Part shown: positions 1-9,854 of the stretch, piece after piece | How the letters are laid out: every line of letters starts with the position of its first letter | How positions within the stretch are numbered: the stretch's first letter is position 1 | DNA from: a virus | Lineage: Duplodnaviria; Caudoviricetes | Virus record (IMG/VR): IMGVR_UViG_3300025645_000384 | Location: 1 to 26,653 of that record | Reading direction: 5' to 3' (one strand) | Length of the DNA: 26,653 nt | Notes under the pieces: generated by a model | What the model was told of the DNA's origin: nothing | The model's input: only the letters and a program-made list of their open reading frames with translations | The model's database searches: none | Translations under genes and position numbers: made by a program

Positions 1-132
1 AAAACTTGGGTAACAGGTACTGTAGGTGGGGTTTACACTGACGACGAGGATGTAATGAAAGTTCATCACTTATCTGAAAGAATGCTTTGTACTACAGGTG
101 CAAACAACTTCATGTTATTTGAAGGAGTATAG
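1..132 (+). CDS. 3' end of probable major capsid protein (partial, runs in from the window edge)
   Basis: Frame 1 is open from base 1: KTWVTGTVGGVYTDDEDVMKVHHLSERMLCTTGANNFMLFEGV*. It resembles, from memory, the C-terminus of capsid proteins of marine Bacteroidota podoviruses. A strong hairpin and structural genes follow. Confidence 0.7.
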   Translation, partial: KTWVTGTVGGVYTDDEDVMKVHHLSERMLCTTGANNFMLFEGV

Positions 133-143
133 TAATATAGTAC

Positions 144-183
144 TAATAGGGAGGGGCTTAAATCTCTCCCTATTATTTATTTC
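144..183 (+). terminator. Intrinsic terminator after the capsid gene
   Basis: TAATAGGGAGGG ... CTCTCCCTATTA inverted repeat (144-175, with one G-U pair) followed by TTTATTTC. Confidence 0.7.
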
Positions 184-211
184 AATAGTAATTTAATCTA
201 AATATAATACA

Positions 212-1027
212 ATGGCAGTAGCAAAGAAGGTAGCCCCTAAAAGGACTACAACAAAGAAGGTACTCACATCTAAGGAGTACAGATTAGCGGATGACCGTTC
301 TGGTCTAGCTTATATAATGAAAACAGGAAAAAACAAGAAGCTTTTAGTTTGGGATGATGAGCAGGGGCTTAGTATTCCTATCAGGCATTGTCCTAGCGAG
401 AAGTCAATCTTTATAGATAAGCAGTCTGAATATGCGTATGTTGAGCCTATCGTCTTTATGCACGGTAGTATCGAGATACCTCGTGAGTCTCAGATAACAC
501 AGCAGTTCTTAGACGCCCACCCAGATAATATAAATAATGGTGGGACATTGTTTGAGGAGATTAATGAAGAGGCAGAGGCAGAGAATGATTTAGTATTAGA
601 TGAGATTAAGATTGACATCTACAACGCTGTTCGTGAGAAGGCGTTAAAGGATGGAGGAGAGTATGAGTTAGAGGCTGTGGTAGCGGTGCTGGATAATGAT
701 GTACAGGGTGCGTCTATAATGAAGGTAAAATCTCTTAAGAGACGTATATACCAAGAGATAGAGGCAGACCCGTTCTACTTCTGTGACGACAATGGTAACG
801 TTACAATCTTTGAGGACGACTACATCACACGTAAGTACTTTACTCTTAGAGCAATCAAGGAGTCAATCATCAAGAAGAGTAGCAACAACAAGTCCATGGT
901 ATGGGTAAGGGATGGCAAGGTAATCGTCTCAGCACCTAGGGGTATTGAGCTTACAGAGCACTTCGCAGACTTCCTATCAACGGATGAAGGTATGCTAGTC
1001 TCTGAAGAGATTAAGAAGAGGAGTTAA
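212..1027 (+). CDS. Hypothetical protein downstream of capsid gene (probably virion/assembly related)
   Basis: 271-aa ORF with A-rich leader, basic N-terminal tail, flanked by terminators. No catalytic motif recognised. Confidence 0.75.
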   Translation: MAVAKKVAPKRTTTKKVLTSKEYRLADDRSGLAYIMKTGKNKKLLVWDDEQGLSIPIRHCPSEKSIFIDKQSEYAYVEPIVFMHGSIEIPRESQITQQFLDAHPDNINNGGTLFEEINEEAEAENDLVLDEIKIDIYNAVREKALKDGGEYELEAVVAVLDNDVQGASIMKVKSLKRRIYQEIEADPFYFCDDNGNVTIFEDDYITRKYFTLRAIKESIIKKSSNNKSMVWVRDGKVIVSAPRGIELTEHFADFLSTDEGMLVSEEIKKRS

Positions 1028-1048
1028 TAACCTCTAAATATATAACCT

Positions 1049-1079
1049 AACCCTGCAGTTTCATATTGTGGGGTTTTTT
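1049..1079 (+). terminator. Intrinsic terminator
   Basis: AACCCTGCAG-tttcata-TTGTGGGGTT stem with G-U pairs, running into a T-tract, just after the 212-1027 stop. Confidence 0.7.
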
Positions 1080-1098
1080 ATTGCTTCCTAATTTTTCT

Positions 1099-1108
1099 TA
1101 TCTTTGTA
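1099..1108 (+). promoter_or_regulatory. Bacteroidota-type promoter -7 element (TAnnTTTG)
   Basis: TATCTTTGTA, intergenic, right after a terminator and about 20 nt before the ATG at 1127. No convincing -33 TTG at canonical spacing. Confidence 0.65.
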
Positions 1109-1126
1109 ACACTTAAAATACACACA

Positions 1127-1825
1127 ATGATAGACACGATTTATAAAGTGCTGTTGACTATAATCAACAAAGAGAACCAAGGCTATATATCACCAGAGGA
1201 GTTCAACCTCATAGCAATCAATGTACAGAATGAGATATTTAGTGGCTACTTCAAGGACGCTAATGAGTTTAAGAACCTGCAGAATAGGGGGTTCACAAAC
1301 AGAGGGTACGCTAACCTACCGCTACAGAATAGGGAGGATATAGGTGCTTTTGCTGCAACAGCTAACGGTACAGTAACCGCTGGGCTTGTAGACCTACCAT
1401 CAGATATGTATGTAATAGAAGACCAAGGGGTTACGACCTCAGCAGGTATCTTGATAGATGAGGTGGAGAGGAATGCTATAGCTATTATGGCTAGGTCAGA
1501 GGTCGCTCCTACAGAGCTGTACCCTGTTTACGAGTGGTTTGGGAGCACTTTAAAGGTCTACCCTACTACTATTACCTCTGTTAATTTTAGGTACATTAGA
1601 AAGCCTCTAAACCCTAAATGGACTTACAATCTCCAGTTGATGGATAACATAGGCAAGGAGATGTATGACCCTAACAATGCTTCATTCCAAGACTTCGAGT
1701 TAGACTCCTCAGAGTTCTACAACATCATACTAAGGATGCTTACCTATTTTGGAATCAACCTTAGAGAGCCAGAGGTGGTTAAGATAGCGGAGCTAATGAA
1801 GGATAAGGATAACGTAAAAAACTAA
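1127..1825 (+). CDS. Putative head-tail adaptor / ring protein
   Basis: 232 aa. Helical N-terminus (NKENQGYISPEEFN), LPSD motif, YIRKP in the C-terminal half. Position between capsid and nozzle genes fits podovirus/crAss-like ring proteins. Confidence 0.6.
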   Translation: MIDTIYKVLLTIINKENQGYISPEEFNLIAINVQNEIFSGYFKDANEFKNLQNRGFTNRGYANLPLQNREDIGAFAATANGTVTAGLVDLPSDMYVIEDQGVTTSAGILIDEVERNAIAIMARSEVAPTELYPVYEWFGSTLKVYPTTITSVNFRYIRKPLNPKWTYNLQLMDNIGKEMYDPNNASFQDFELDSSEFYNIILRMLTYFGINLREPEVVKIAELMKDKDNVKN

Positions 1826-1830
1826 TATAG

Positions 1831-2703
1831 ATGCCAGTAAATATAATACCATCAGCAGACTACTACGAGAACCAAGATTTACACGGTAGCTATCAGTATA
1901 TAACACTAGAGGATATAGTAAACAACTACATGATGTCTACAGACGATGATGATTTTGCATCCAACATCCCTAGGCACAAGGTACTATTCCAAGCGAGGAG
2001 AGCCTTTAGAGAGCTCTACTTCGACTCAATACAGGAGGTTAAGGTAATGTCCTTAGAGCTTAGTGACCAGCTCACTGTGACGCTTCCACCTGACTTTGTA
2101 AACTACGTAAGGATATCGTGGTTAGGTGATGACAACCTACTACGTCCAATGGCTTCTAACGGCTACACCAATATTGCTAGGGACTACCTACAGGGTGACA
2201 GCTACGAGATACTGTTTGATGATGATGGCTGTGCACTACAGGATGATGTACAGGGCTTAGCAGAATTAGCTGCAGGTGGTGAGGGTGGTACAGCAAACTC
2301 CTACACATTCTGTGGGGATGCCTTTAACCCTAATAAGAATATGGCTAACGTATACTCCAATGGGAGCTACGTGGTGGATAAGAATAACGGTCTAATAAAG
2401 TTTGGGTCAGAGGTGTTCGGTAGGACGGTTGTCTTGGAGTACATATCAGACGGTCTGTACACAGGCTGTGAGGGCTCAGCAGAGGTAGATTTAAAGATAC
2501 ATAAGTTCGCAGAGGACTCAGTATACAACTGGATGTACTGGAAGCTAATAGAGAGGCGTAAGAACGTCCCTGCTAACGCTAAGGTTTTAGCTAGGAAGGA
2601 TTGGTTCAACAGTAGAAGGATTTGTAAGAGAAGGATGAACACCATAAGACCTGCTGAATTAAGACAGGTGTTTAAGGGTTCTAGTAGATGGTTCAAGGCT
2701 TAA
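1831..2703 (+). CDS. Putative second ring / tail-tube structural protein
   Basis: 290 aa. Contains TLPPDFVNYVRIS, an LPxD motif also seen in the upstream ORF. Starts 5 nt after the upstream stop. Confidence 0.55.
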   Translation: MPVNIIPSADYYENQDLHGSYQYITLEDIVNNYMMSTDDDDFASNIPRHKVLFQARRAFRELYFDSIQEVKVMSLELSDQLTVTLPPDFVNYVRISWLGDDNLLRPMASNGYTNIARDYLQGDSYEILFDDDGCALQDDVQGLAELAAGGEGGTANSYTFCGDAFNPNKNMANVYSNGSYVVDKNNGLIKFGSEVFGRTVVLEYISDGLYTGCEGSAEVDLKIHKFAEDSVYNWMYWKLIERRKNVPANAKVLARKDWFNSRRICKRRMNTIRPAELRQVFKGSSRWFKA

Positions 2704-2726
2704 CAGTAATTAAAATTAAATAGAGT

Positions 2727-2972
2727 ATGAAGATGTTAAACAGCAACATATGTTGCAAAGACTTAGATGAGGTAGTAGAGAGGGTAGGTAGAGTAATAGT
2801 ACCCACTAAGGATAAGAAGTACAGAAGCTTACAGGTAGTAGTGTCTGGTGATGATAATGTTAAGGTAGGGGATGTTATATACGTCCCTATAAGCTCTGGA
2901 GTCGACGTGAAGGTTGAGAAGGAGTTATACACCATTGTAAACGCTAGAGAAATTATACTAATATTAGACTAA
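2727..2972 (+). CDS. groES: GroES/Cpn10-like co-chaperonin
   Basis: 81 aa aligning by eye to GroES: mobile-loop-like GRVIVP, VVVSG, VKVGDVIY, GVDVKVEKELYTIVNAREIILIL. Confidence 0.75.
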   Translation: MKMLNSNICCKDLDEVVERVGRVIVPTKDKKYRSLQVVVSGDDNVKVGDVIYVPISSGVDVKVEKELYTIVNAREIILILD

Positions 2973-2976
2973 CAAT

Positions 2977-5900
2977 ATGAAGTTACAGAACACTTTTGTT
3001 CAGAGCAAGATGAACACGGATATTGACGAGAGGCTTCTGCCTAAGGGTCAGTATCCTGATGCAGTAAATATAAGGGTGGCTAATACAGAGGGTTCTGACG
3101 TAGGAGCTATAGAGAACGTTAAGGGTAACGAGAAGTTAACAGACCTTGGCTTAACCAATGCAGAGACTATAGGGTCGTTTGCTGATGGTGCAGCACAGAA
3201 GGTGTACTGGTTTGTAGCGTCTGACACTAGAGATTTAGTGGTGGAGTATGATACTCAGACTACTGACATTAACATACTACTAGACTCCACCAACCCAGAC
3301 GGTGTATTAAACTTTAGTAAGGACTACCTTATAACAGGGGTGGTAAAGATAATAAATGGTGACTCGGATAGGGACTTACTTATATGGACTGATGACTTAA
3401 ACCCACCAAGGGTTATAAACATTAAGAGGGCTAAGGATGTATATACAGCAGACAGCTTTGATGAGCAGGACATATCACTAATAAACAGAGCACCTAGATA
3501 TGCACCAGATGTAACACTGACCTACACAGCTTCAACACAAGAGAATGAGTTGGTTAATAAGTTCTACAGCTTTGCATACAGGTATAAGCACTTAGATGGT
3601 GGTAAATCACCTTTATCTTCATTTACTAACTACCAGTTTGCACCTTCTAAGTTCGATATGGACTACCAGACTATGGAGAACAGGGGTATGTCTAATAGCT
3701 TTAACGCTGTCAAGATTGACTTCAACACAGGAGACTACAAGGTAACAGACGTAGAGTTGGTTTACAAGGAGTCTGGTTCTAACACTGTCTTCCTTATAGA
3801 GAGTTTTAACAAGGCTGAGGAGTTATGGGCAGATGATGCAACAGAGAGCTTCACATTCTCCAACAACAAATCTCTTGTGGCACTACCACAGGATGAGTTA
3901 TTCAGAACGTTTGATAACATACCTAAGAAGGCTAAGGCTTTAGAGTTAATGGGCTCAAGGATAGCCTTCGGTAACTATGTTGAGCAGTACGACCTTACAG
4001 ATATAAGTGGAGACCCTGTAGCTATGGACTACTCACTATCACTTAGTAGTATAGATACAACAGGAGAGGTTTTGGATGTAACTGTAGGGACTAACACCTA
4101 CACGGGTGACCTATTAACCATAGACCTTAACGGTTATGTACTAAGTAGGGATAATAAGATAACCATAACAGTTAGACTTGATGAGGAGACTTACGCTGGT
4201 TTTTATGAAGACTCGTTTGACTTTATTTTTAACACATCATATACAGATGCCGCAGAGCTAGCTGCAGACCCTGACTTTATATACTTTGTAGAGACACTAA
4301 TAACAGCAGGTTTTGAAGCAGATAGTAATATTGAGTCTCCCCCAGATAATATATTAAGCATGCCTGCGATAACTGGTTTTACCATACAGTCATCCACTGC
4401 TACAACAATAAGTATAAAAGCACCTATAGTGCCATACGAGATAGACTTAGAGCCCTTAGGTTCAGACCCTACAGATATAGTGTACGCCAACTTCCAGTTT
4501 AATGCAGGTAGTGAAGCCTACTATAAAGAGATAGCTATAGACTCCTCTGTAAAGACTAATAGGAGCTATGAGGTAGGTATAATATACATTGACGCAGATG
4601 GTAGGACTACTACAGTTCTAACAGACCCAGACAATACAATATACGTAGACCAAGAGTTCTCTACTTTTAAGAATAAGATTATAGTTGATATAAACCACAA
4701 GCCACCAGAATGGGCTGACAGGTATAAGCTTGTGTTTAAACAGAATAAAGGCAAGTACCAGACTATCTACACAAACCTATTCTATGAGGATGGGCTTTAT
4801 AGATGGATTAAGCTAGACGGTGCTAATGTAGGCAAGGTAGCCAAGGGTGACTCGCTTATTGTTAAATCTGATTTAGGTGGTGCGGTAGAGGATATTATAA
4901 AGGTAAGGGTACTAGATATAGTTAGCCAGCCTAGGGATTTCATAAAAGGAGATGACCCAGATGAGCCAGATGACCCTACTAATTTACTAGACGAAGAGTC
5001 TGGTCTATATATGAAGGTTAAGCCTGTAGGTTTTGATATGACCTATGATGAGTCTACTATTCAGACATTCTCAGGTAGTTCACACCTAAGGTATCCTACA
5101 AAGACATACACAAGCCCAATCTTTGGAGATAACCAACTTAACGGGGGTTCTAGGGTCAAGATAAAGATTAGCTTTAAGGCTAGGGGTTCTATATCCTACT
5201 TCGCTGAGTATGAGAATACTTTTACGGTTTTTGCGGATTATACCAATGACCTAGATTTAACCATAAATGGAACTAAAAGTGCAGTACAGAAATGGTTTGA
5301 GGCTGAGGTTATAGACTTAGGTTCGTTTGGTGAGAACTTCACTAGAGACCCACTAAACCCAGACGGTAACACAGGTAGTTTTTATACAGGAGACCCATTA
5401 GAGCCAATACTTCCTTGGCATGATGCGGGTACATATGATAATGGTTATGGCTTTACTAAAACAGAGGATGGTGATTTAAGAAACGGAGAGAAGTTCTACG
5501 TATGGGCTCACAGAAAGGGTACGGCATCTAGAAACATAACCACACACGTAGAGCTTGAGATACTCAACACAGATGGTACAAACATATTTGAGACCATACC
5601 AGAGGATAAGGGTACAGAGCTTTACTACGAGACAGCTGAGACTTATGACATAGTAGATGGTACATACCATCAAGGTAACCTACATCAGGGCACTACACAG
5701 AGTCAGAGTCTTACAGAAGGTACAGCTATAATAGAGTCCGACTTCTTTAACTGCTACGTACAGGGTAATGGTGCTGAGTCATACAGATACTTAGACGCAT
5801 TAAACGTGGGTACAGATGACGACGGAAACCAATTAAGAGCTACCTACTTAGATATAGACCTTAGACCTACAACAACAAGCGAGGAGAGGTACAGAGAGGT

Positions 5901-7143
5901 ACGTAGGTACGCTGATATAACATACAGTGAACCCTACAATGAGAATACTAATTTAAACGGCTTAGGAGTCTTTAATTTAGCTAAGGCTAACTACAAAGAG
6001 GATATAGAGAAGAAGTACGGCTTCATACAGAAGCTATACGCTAGGGATACTAACCTACTTGTTATGCAGGAGGATAAGGTTTCTAAGGTACTCTTCGGTA
6101 AGAATATAATAACCAATGCGGATGGTACATCAAACGTATCAACCATAGAGGACGTATTAGGACAGCAGGTAATGTACACTGGTGAGTACGGTATAAGTAG
6201 AAACCCAGAGAGCTTTGCCTTTGACTCCGCTAACGTTTACTTCATAGACTCCAAGAGGGGCTGTGTGTGTAGGCTAGGAGCACAGGGCATCACTGAGATT
6301 TCTATGGCGGGTATGAGGACATTCTTTAAGGATGAGTTTAAGGACGCTATAGATATTAAGAAGATAGGGGCATATGACCCCTACCTAGACCAGTATGTTG
6401 TTAACTCAAGTGCGGTTAAGACACTAACGTTTGATGAGAAGGCTAAGGGGTGGACATCTTTCCACTCCTACTTCCCAGAGGATATGTTAGGGATGAATAA
6501 CAAGTTCTTCTCATTTAAGGATGGGGAGCTATACCAACACCACTCAGATAGTGTGGATAGGAATACATACTACGGAAAGTTCTCACCGTCTAAGATAGGG
6601 GTAATGGTTAATGACCACCCGTCTGAGATAAAGGAACTACAGGCTATAAGCCTAGAGGGTAACGATACGTGGGAGACTTTAATAAAGGCTTACATATCTA
6701 ACTCTGACGACTACATGGAGAGTTCTATACACACTGTAGAGTTTGTTAAGAAGGAGGGCATATGGTTTGCCTACGCTAGAAGGAATGAGTCTGATGTAGC
6801 ATTCGACTCTAAGGCTACCTATGGTATAGGGATAGTTGACGCAGTAGTAGGGTTAGACGTTACATTTAACGGAGGCTCTATATCTTTAACTGTAGGTGAC
6901 CAAATCATAATAGGTTCAGACCTGTTAGTTATAGGTAAGGTTACAGCTATAGTAGGTAACACTATAACACTAGATGCTGTAGGAGACCTAGCGGTGGGTG
7001 AGTATATACTAGGTGCTAAGGACTCTAGGATAGAGGGAGGAAATCTAAGGGGGTATACCCTAAGGATGGACTTGACTAACAGCTCTACTGAGAAGGTGGA
7101 GCTATTCGCAGTCAACGCTGAGGTGATGAAGAGCTACAGTTAA
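2977..7143 (+). CDS. Tail nozzle/muzzle (stabilisation, tail tubular B-like) protein
   Basis: 1388 aa, acidic and beta-rich. N-terminal MNTDIDERLLPKGQY, WTDDLNPPRVIN, GEYGISRNPES, FDEKAKGWTSFHSY. These motifs and the position match crAss-like muzzle / P22 gp10-like proteins as recalled. Confidence 0.7.
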   Translation: MKLQNTFVQSKMNTDIDERLLPKGQYPDAVNIRVANTEGSDVGAIENVKGNEKLTDLGLTNAETIGSFADGAAQKVYWFVASDTRDLVVEYDTQTTDINILLDSTNPDGVLNFSKDYLITGVVKIINGDSDRDLLIWTDDLNPPRVINIKRAKDVYTADSFDEQDISLINRAPRYAPDVTLTYTASTQENELVNKFYSFAYRYKHLDGGKSPLSSFTNYQFAPSKFDMDYQTMENRGMSNSFNAVKIDFNTGDYKVTDVELVYKESGSNTVFLIESFNKAEELWADDATESFTFSNNKSLVALPQDELFRTFDNIPKKAKALELMGSRIAFGNYVEQYDLTDISGDPVAMDYSLSLSSIDTTGEVLDVTVGTNTYTGDLLTIDLNGYVLSRDNKITITVRLDEETYAGFYEDSFDFIFNTSYTDAAELAADPDFIYFVETLITAGFEADSNIESPPDNILSMPAITGFTIQSSTATTISIKAPIVPYEIDLEPLGSDPTDIVYANFQFNAGSEAYYKEIAIDSSVKTNRSYEVGIIYIDADGRTTTVLTDPDNTIYVDQEFSTFKNKIIVDINHKPPEWADRYKLVFKQNKGKYQTIYTNLFYEDGLYRWIKLDGANVGKVAKGDSLIVKSDLGGAVEDIIKVRVLDIVSQPRDFIKGDDPDEPDDPTNLLDEESGLYMKVKPVGFDMTYDESTIQTFSGSSHLRYPTKTYTSPIFGDNQLNGGSRVKIKISFKARGSISYFAEYENTFTVFADYTNDLDLTINGTKSAVQKWFEAEVIDLGSFGENFTRDPLNPDGNTGSFYTGDPLEPILPWHDAGTYDNGYGFTKTEDGDLRNGEKFYVWAHRKGTASRNITTHVELEILNTDGTNIFETIPEDKGTELYYETAETYDIVDGTYHQGNLHQGTTQSQSLTEGTAIIESDFFNCYVQGNGAESYRYLDALNVGTDDDGNQLRATYLDIDLRPTTTSEERYREVRRYADITYSEPYNENTNLNGLGVFNLAKANYKEDIEKKYGFIQKLYARDTNLLVMQEDKVSKVLFGKNIITNADGTSNVSTIEDVLGQQVMYTGEYGISRNPESFAFDSANVYFIDSKRGCVCRLGAQGITEISMAGMRTFFKDEFKDAIDIKKIGAYDPYLDQYVVNSSAVKTLTFDEKAKGWTSFHSYFPEDMLGMNNKFFSFKDGELYQHHSDSVDRNTYYGKFSPSKIGVMVNDHPSEIKELQAISLEGNDTWETLIKAYISNSDDYMESSIHTVEFVKKEGIWFAYARRNESDVAFDSKATYGIGIVDAVVGLDVTFNGGSISLTVGDQIIIGSDLLVIGKVTAIVGNTITLDAVGDLAVGEYILGAKDSRIEGGNLRGYTLRMDLTNSSTEKVELFAVNAEVMKSYS

Positions 7144-7171
7144 TTCTTTTACAATGCATTGTTTATTTTGC

Positions 7172-7181
7172 TATCTTTGCA
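7172..7181 (+). promoter_or_regulatory. Bacteroidota-type promoter -7 element for the ejection-protein operon
   Basis: TATCTTTGCA in the 7144-7200 gap, about 20 nt before the ATG at 7201. Confidence 0.65.
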
Positions 7182-7200
7182 TTACTAATTTATATACAAC

Positions 7201-7620
7201 ATGGAGTTTAATTGGAGACTAGAGGATAAGTCAGTATGCTACAAGAGGTTACAGTCTTGGTGGGATAAGCACGAAGCCTTTGAGGGTAATGATATACCCT
7301 ACAGCTCAACGCCTAACAGAATCTTTACTGTATCCACTACGGTAGGTGAGGATGAGGTTGACCTGTACAGCATAGCTATAATAGTTACAGACACGGATAT
7401 ATGCTGGGTAGGGTGGATAACATCTAACCCGCTTGCAGATGGTAGGCTTAAGGTAGGCGGTCTGGAGTATCTATACACTATCATAGCTACAGTAATGAAG
7501 TCACAGGGCTTCGTAAGCATGGTATCACACGCTAAAATAAACGCTCTAATGAAACCTTTAGAGAACAGTGGCTTTATAAATATAGAGTCTAATACAAACT
7601 TTTACATTAAAAAACTATAA
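7201..7620 (+). CDS. GNAT-fold acetyltransferase-like protein (T7 gp13-like position)
   Basis: 139 aa with GNAT-like pattern (CWVGWITSNP...GGLEYLY...MKSQGF...LENSGF). Lies between nozzle and ejection genes as in many podoviruses. Confidence 0.5.
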   Translation: MEFNWRLEDKSVCYKRLQSWWDKHEAFEGNDIPYSSTPNRIFTVSTTVGEDEVDLYSIAIIVTDTDICWVGWITSNPLADGRLKVGGLEYLYTIIATVMKSQGFVSMVSHAKINALMKPLENSGFINIESNTNFYIKKL

Positions 7621-7624
7621 TAAT

Positions 7625-8239
7625 ATGGCAGCAGCAGTAGGTGGAGCAATAAGTGGCTTCGGTAAAATTAAGGAAGGTAAGGCTATGATGAGAGCAGGGC
7701 AGCAGGGTATTGATGACTTTCAGTGGGATGATATCACCAACCCCTACAAAGAGCTTACAGCTAGTCAGGTAGGAGCAGATATACAGAGGGAGGAGTCTGC
7801 CAGAGGAACTGCTACAGCGGTTAACGCTCTGCGTAGTGCAGGTGTTAGAGGTGTAGTTGGTGGAATGGGGCAGGTACAAGCGTCTGCTAATAAAGTAAAC
7901 CAAGGTATAGCCGCTGATGTAGATAAGGCTACTAAGGATATACAGATGAAGGCTGCAGGGCAGGATGTTAATAACGCAGCTATACAGGAGAGACGACAAC
8001 AAGAAGAGCTAGCAGGTTACGGTAAGCAGTTAGATGTGGGTATGGATATGAAGGCTCAGGGTATGGGTGACCTAGTTGCGGCAGCAGGTGCTGTAGATAG
8101 TTTTGCTATGTCAGCTATGACAGGTGGAATGGGTGGTGAAGGAATGCTAGGTAAGATAGGCGGTGGAGGTAGTGCTGTAAGGCAGGTAGCTCAACCAGTA
8201 AGTACTCTTCAATCAAAAGGCTTAGCAGGTCAAGAATAA
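7625..8239 (+). CDS. Small internal virion / ejection protein
   Basis: 204 aa, very rich in Gly/Ala/Gln/Met, starts MAAAVGGAISG. First of three genes of increasing size. Confidence 0.6.
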   Translation: MAAAVGGAISGFGKIKEGKAMMRAGQQGIDDFQWDDITNPYKELTASQVGADIQREESARGTATAVNALRSAGVRGVVGGMGQVQASANKVNQGIAADVDKATKDIQMKAAGQDVNNAAIQERRQQEELAGYGKQLDVGMDMKAQGMGDLVAAAGAVDSFAMSAMTGGMGGEGMLGKIGGGGSAVRQVAQPVSTLQSKGLAGQE

Positions 8240-8255
8240 ATAATAAATAATAACT

Positions 8256-9848
8256 ATGGCTAAAGCAGGAGCAGGAGCATACAGTCAACTACAGAGGGTT
8301 GGTAATTACGTAGCACCACAGATAAATAAGGCAGCTGACCGTTTGAATCAGCAGGGTATGCAGCAGAAGCAGTTAAAAGCTGAAGCGAGTGCTAGAAAAG
8401 AGGCTAGGGATGAGACTTGGAGATTAGACACCCAGACAGACTTCTCAAACTTTGAATTAGAGGCTACAGGTAACACTGGTAGGGATGACATGTTCAAACT
8501 AGCGGCAGAGAAGGGTATACAGAGGGCTGAGAGCTATTTTAGACAGGCTAGGGAGCTAAGGGCTACAGACCCAAATAAAGCCGATATAATGAAGGCTAAG
8601 GGTAGGAGTATACAGACCTCCTTTAAGAACCTATCGGCTGACTCAGCTATTGTTAAGGCGATGTTTGATGGATACGCTGAGGCGTATGCTAATGGTAAGA
8701 TTAAAGAGGGTGCTTACAGAAGCTTCATGAACGGCTTATCTAGGAACGAGGCTGTGCCTTACCTAGATGACAATGACCAGTGGAGGGTTAGAGTTATGGT
8801 TAGGGATGAGACCTCTGGAGAGATACTAAAGGATGAGAATGGTGAGGTAAAGTATGAGGATAAATCTTTATCTGAGATTAAGAAGGGTCTAGATAAGCCT
8901 TATGACTTTAATGAGGTACACGGTCAGACTGGTGAGCTTAATAAGGTTCTAACCGCTATGGGTAAGAACAAGTGGGATGAAATAAATGGACAGTTTATAG
9001 ACACAAAACAAGAGTTTGGGGCTGAGCAGGAGAAGTCGCTTAATGACTTTATTGAGGGTACTTTAGGTAGCGATAGAGAGATGTATAAGTGGTACTACTA
9101 CGCCACTGGTGAGGAGAAGCTTAAGGGCTTTAATACCGCAGATAAGGATAAGATTACAAACTACATTAACACAGCGGTCAAAGGTGCTTACGGTAAGGAG
9201 GTTACTAGAAAGGTTACCCCTACTACACAGGAGGAGAAAGAAGAGGCGGCTAGAAAACTTGCAGCAGCTAGAGTGAAAGCAGCTGGTGTATTAGCAGAAG
9301 CAGTTGATGATAGGTTTACTAAGACCAATAAAAGATTAACTGACGAAGCTGTAGCTAAAAACCTAGCGGCTAAGAATAAGAAGGGAACTAAGGAGGTAGT
9401 TAGAGCTGAGAAGAGTAAGATGTACTACGACCTAGCATACAAGCTAAGAGAGGTTGACTCTGAAGAAGACGCACAGAAGATATTAGATGACTCTGGGTAC
9501 TCTATAAATGTCAACGACGACTTTTGGAACTGGTGGGATAAGTGGGATAGTAAAGCAGGTGAGGCTTTAAACGTTGGTACTACAGACGAGACTAGTGAGG
9601 TAACTATAAACGTAAGTGACACACACAAGATGGCTGCACAGTTTGCTAAGATAGTAGAAGGCTTCGGATTTAACTATGACGATAAGTTCTCAGATAATGT
9701 TACAGAAGAAGAGGTGGCAGCTGATAAAGGTGAGAAGCCTACTCCAGATAAGCCTACTCCAGATAAGCCTACTCCAGAGAAGCTTACTCCAGAGGAGGCT
9801 AAAGCAAAAGCACAAGCCCTTATTAATAAATACTCAGAAGCTAAATAA
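8256..9848 (+). CDS. Middle internal virion / ejection protein
   Basis: 530 aa, helical and charged, Gln/Ala-rich N-terminus, Pro-rich repeat near the C-terminus. Position between small and giant ejection genes. Confidence 0.55.
   Translation: MAKAGAGAYSQLQRVGNYVAPQINKAADRLNQQGMQQKQLKAEASARKEARDETWRLDTQTDFSNFELEATGNTGRDDMFKLAAEKGIQRAESYFRQARELRATDPNKADIMKAKGRSIQTSFKNLSADSAIVKAMFDGYAEAYANGKIKEGAYRSFMNGLSRNEAVPYLDDNDQWRVRVMVRDETSGEILKDENGEVKYEDKSLSEIKKGLDKPYDFNEVHGQTGELNKVLTAMGKNKWDEINGQFIDTKQEFGAEQEKSLNDFIEGTLGSDREMYKWYYYATGEEKLKGFNTADKDKITNYINTAVKGAYGKEVTRKVTPTTQEEKEEAARKLAAARVKAAGVLAEAVDDRFTKTNKRLTDEAVAKNLAAKNKKGTKEVVRAEKSKMYYDLAYKLREVDSEEDAQKILDDSGYSINVNDDFWNWWDKWDSKAGEALNVGTTDETSEVTINVSDTHKMAAQFAKIVEGFGFNYDDKFSDNVTEEEVAADKGEKPTPDKPTPDKPTPEKLTPEEAKAKAQALINKYSEAK
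9732..9791 (+). repeat. 15-bp tandem repeat x4, in frame
   Basis: GAGAAGCCTACTCCA, GATAAGCCTACTCCA x2, GAGAAGCTTACTCCA, encoding EKPTP-DKPTP-DKPTP-EKLTP. Confidence 0.95.
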
Positions 9849-9854
9849 AATTAA

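Noticed and set aside
9732-9791. Tandem repeat as a mini CRISPR array
   Set aside because: Units are 15 bp, contiguous, without spacers, and in frame in a coding gene.
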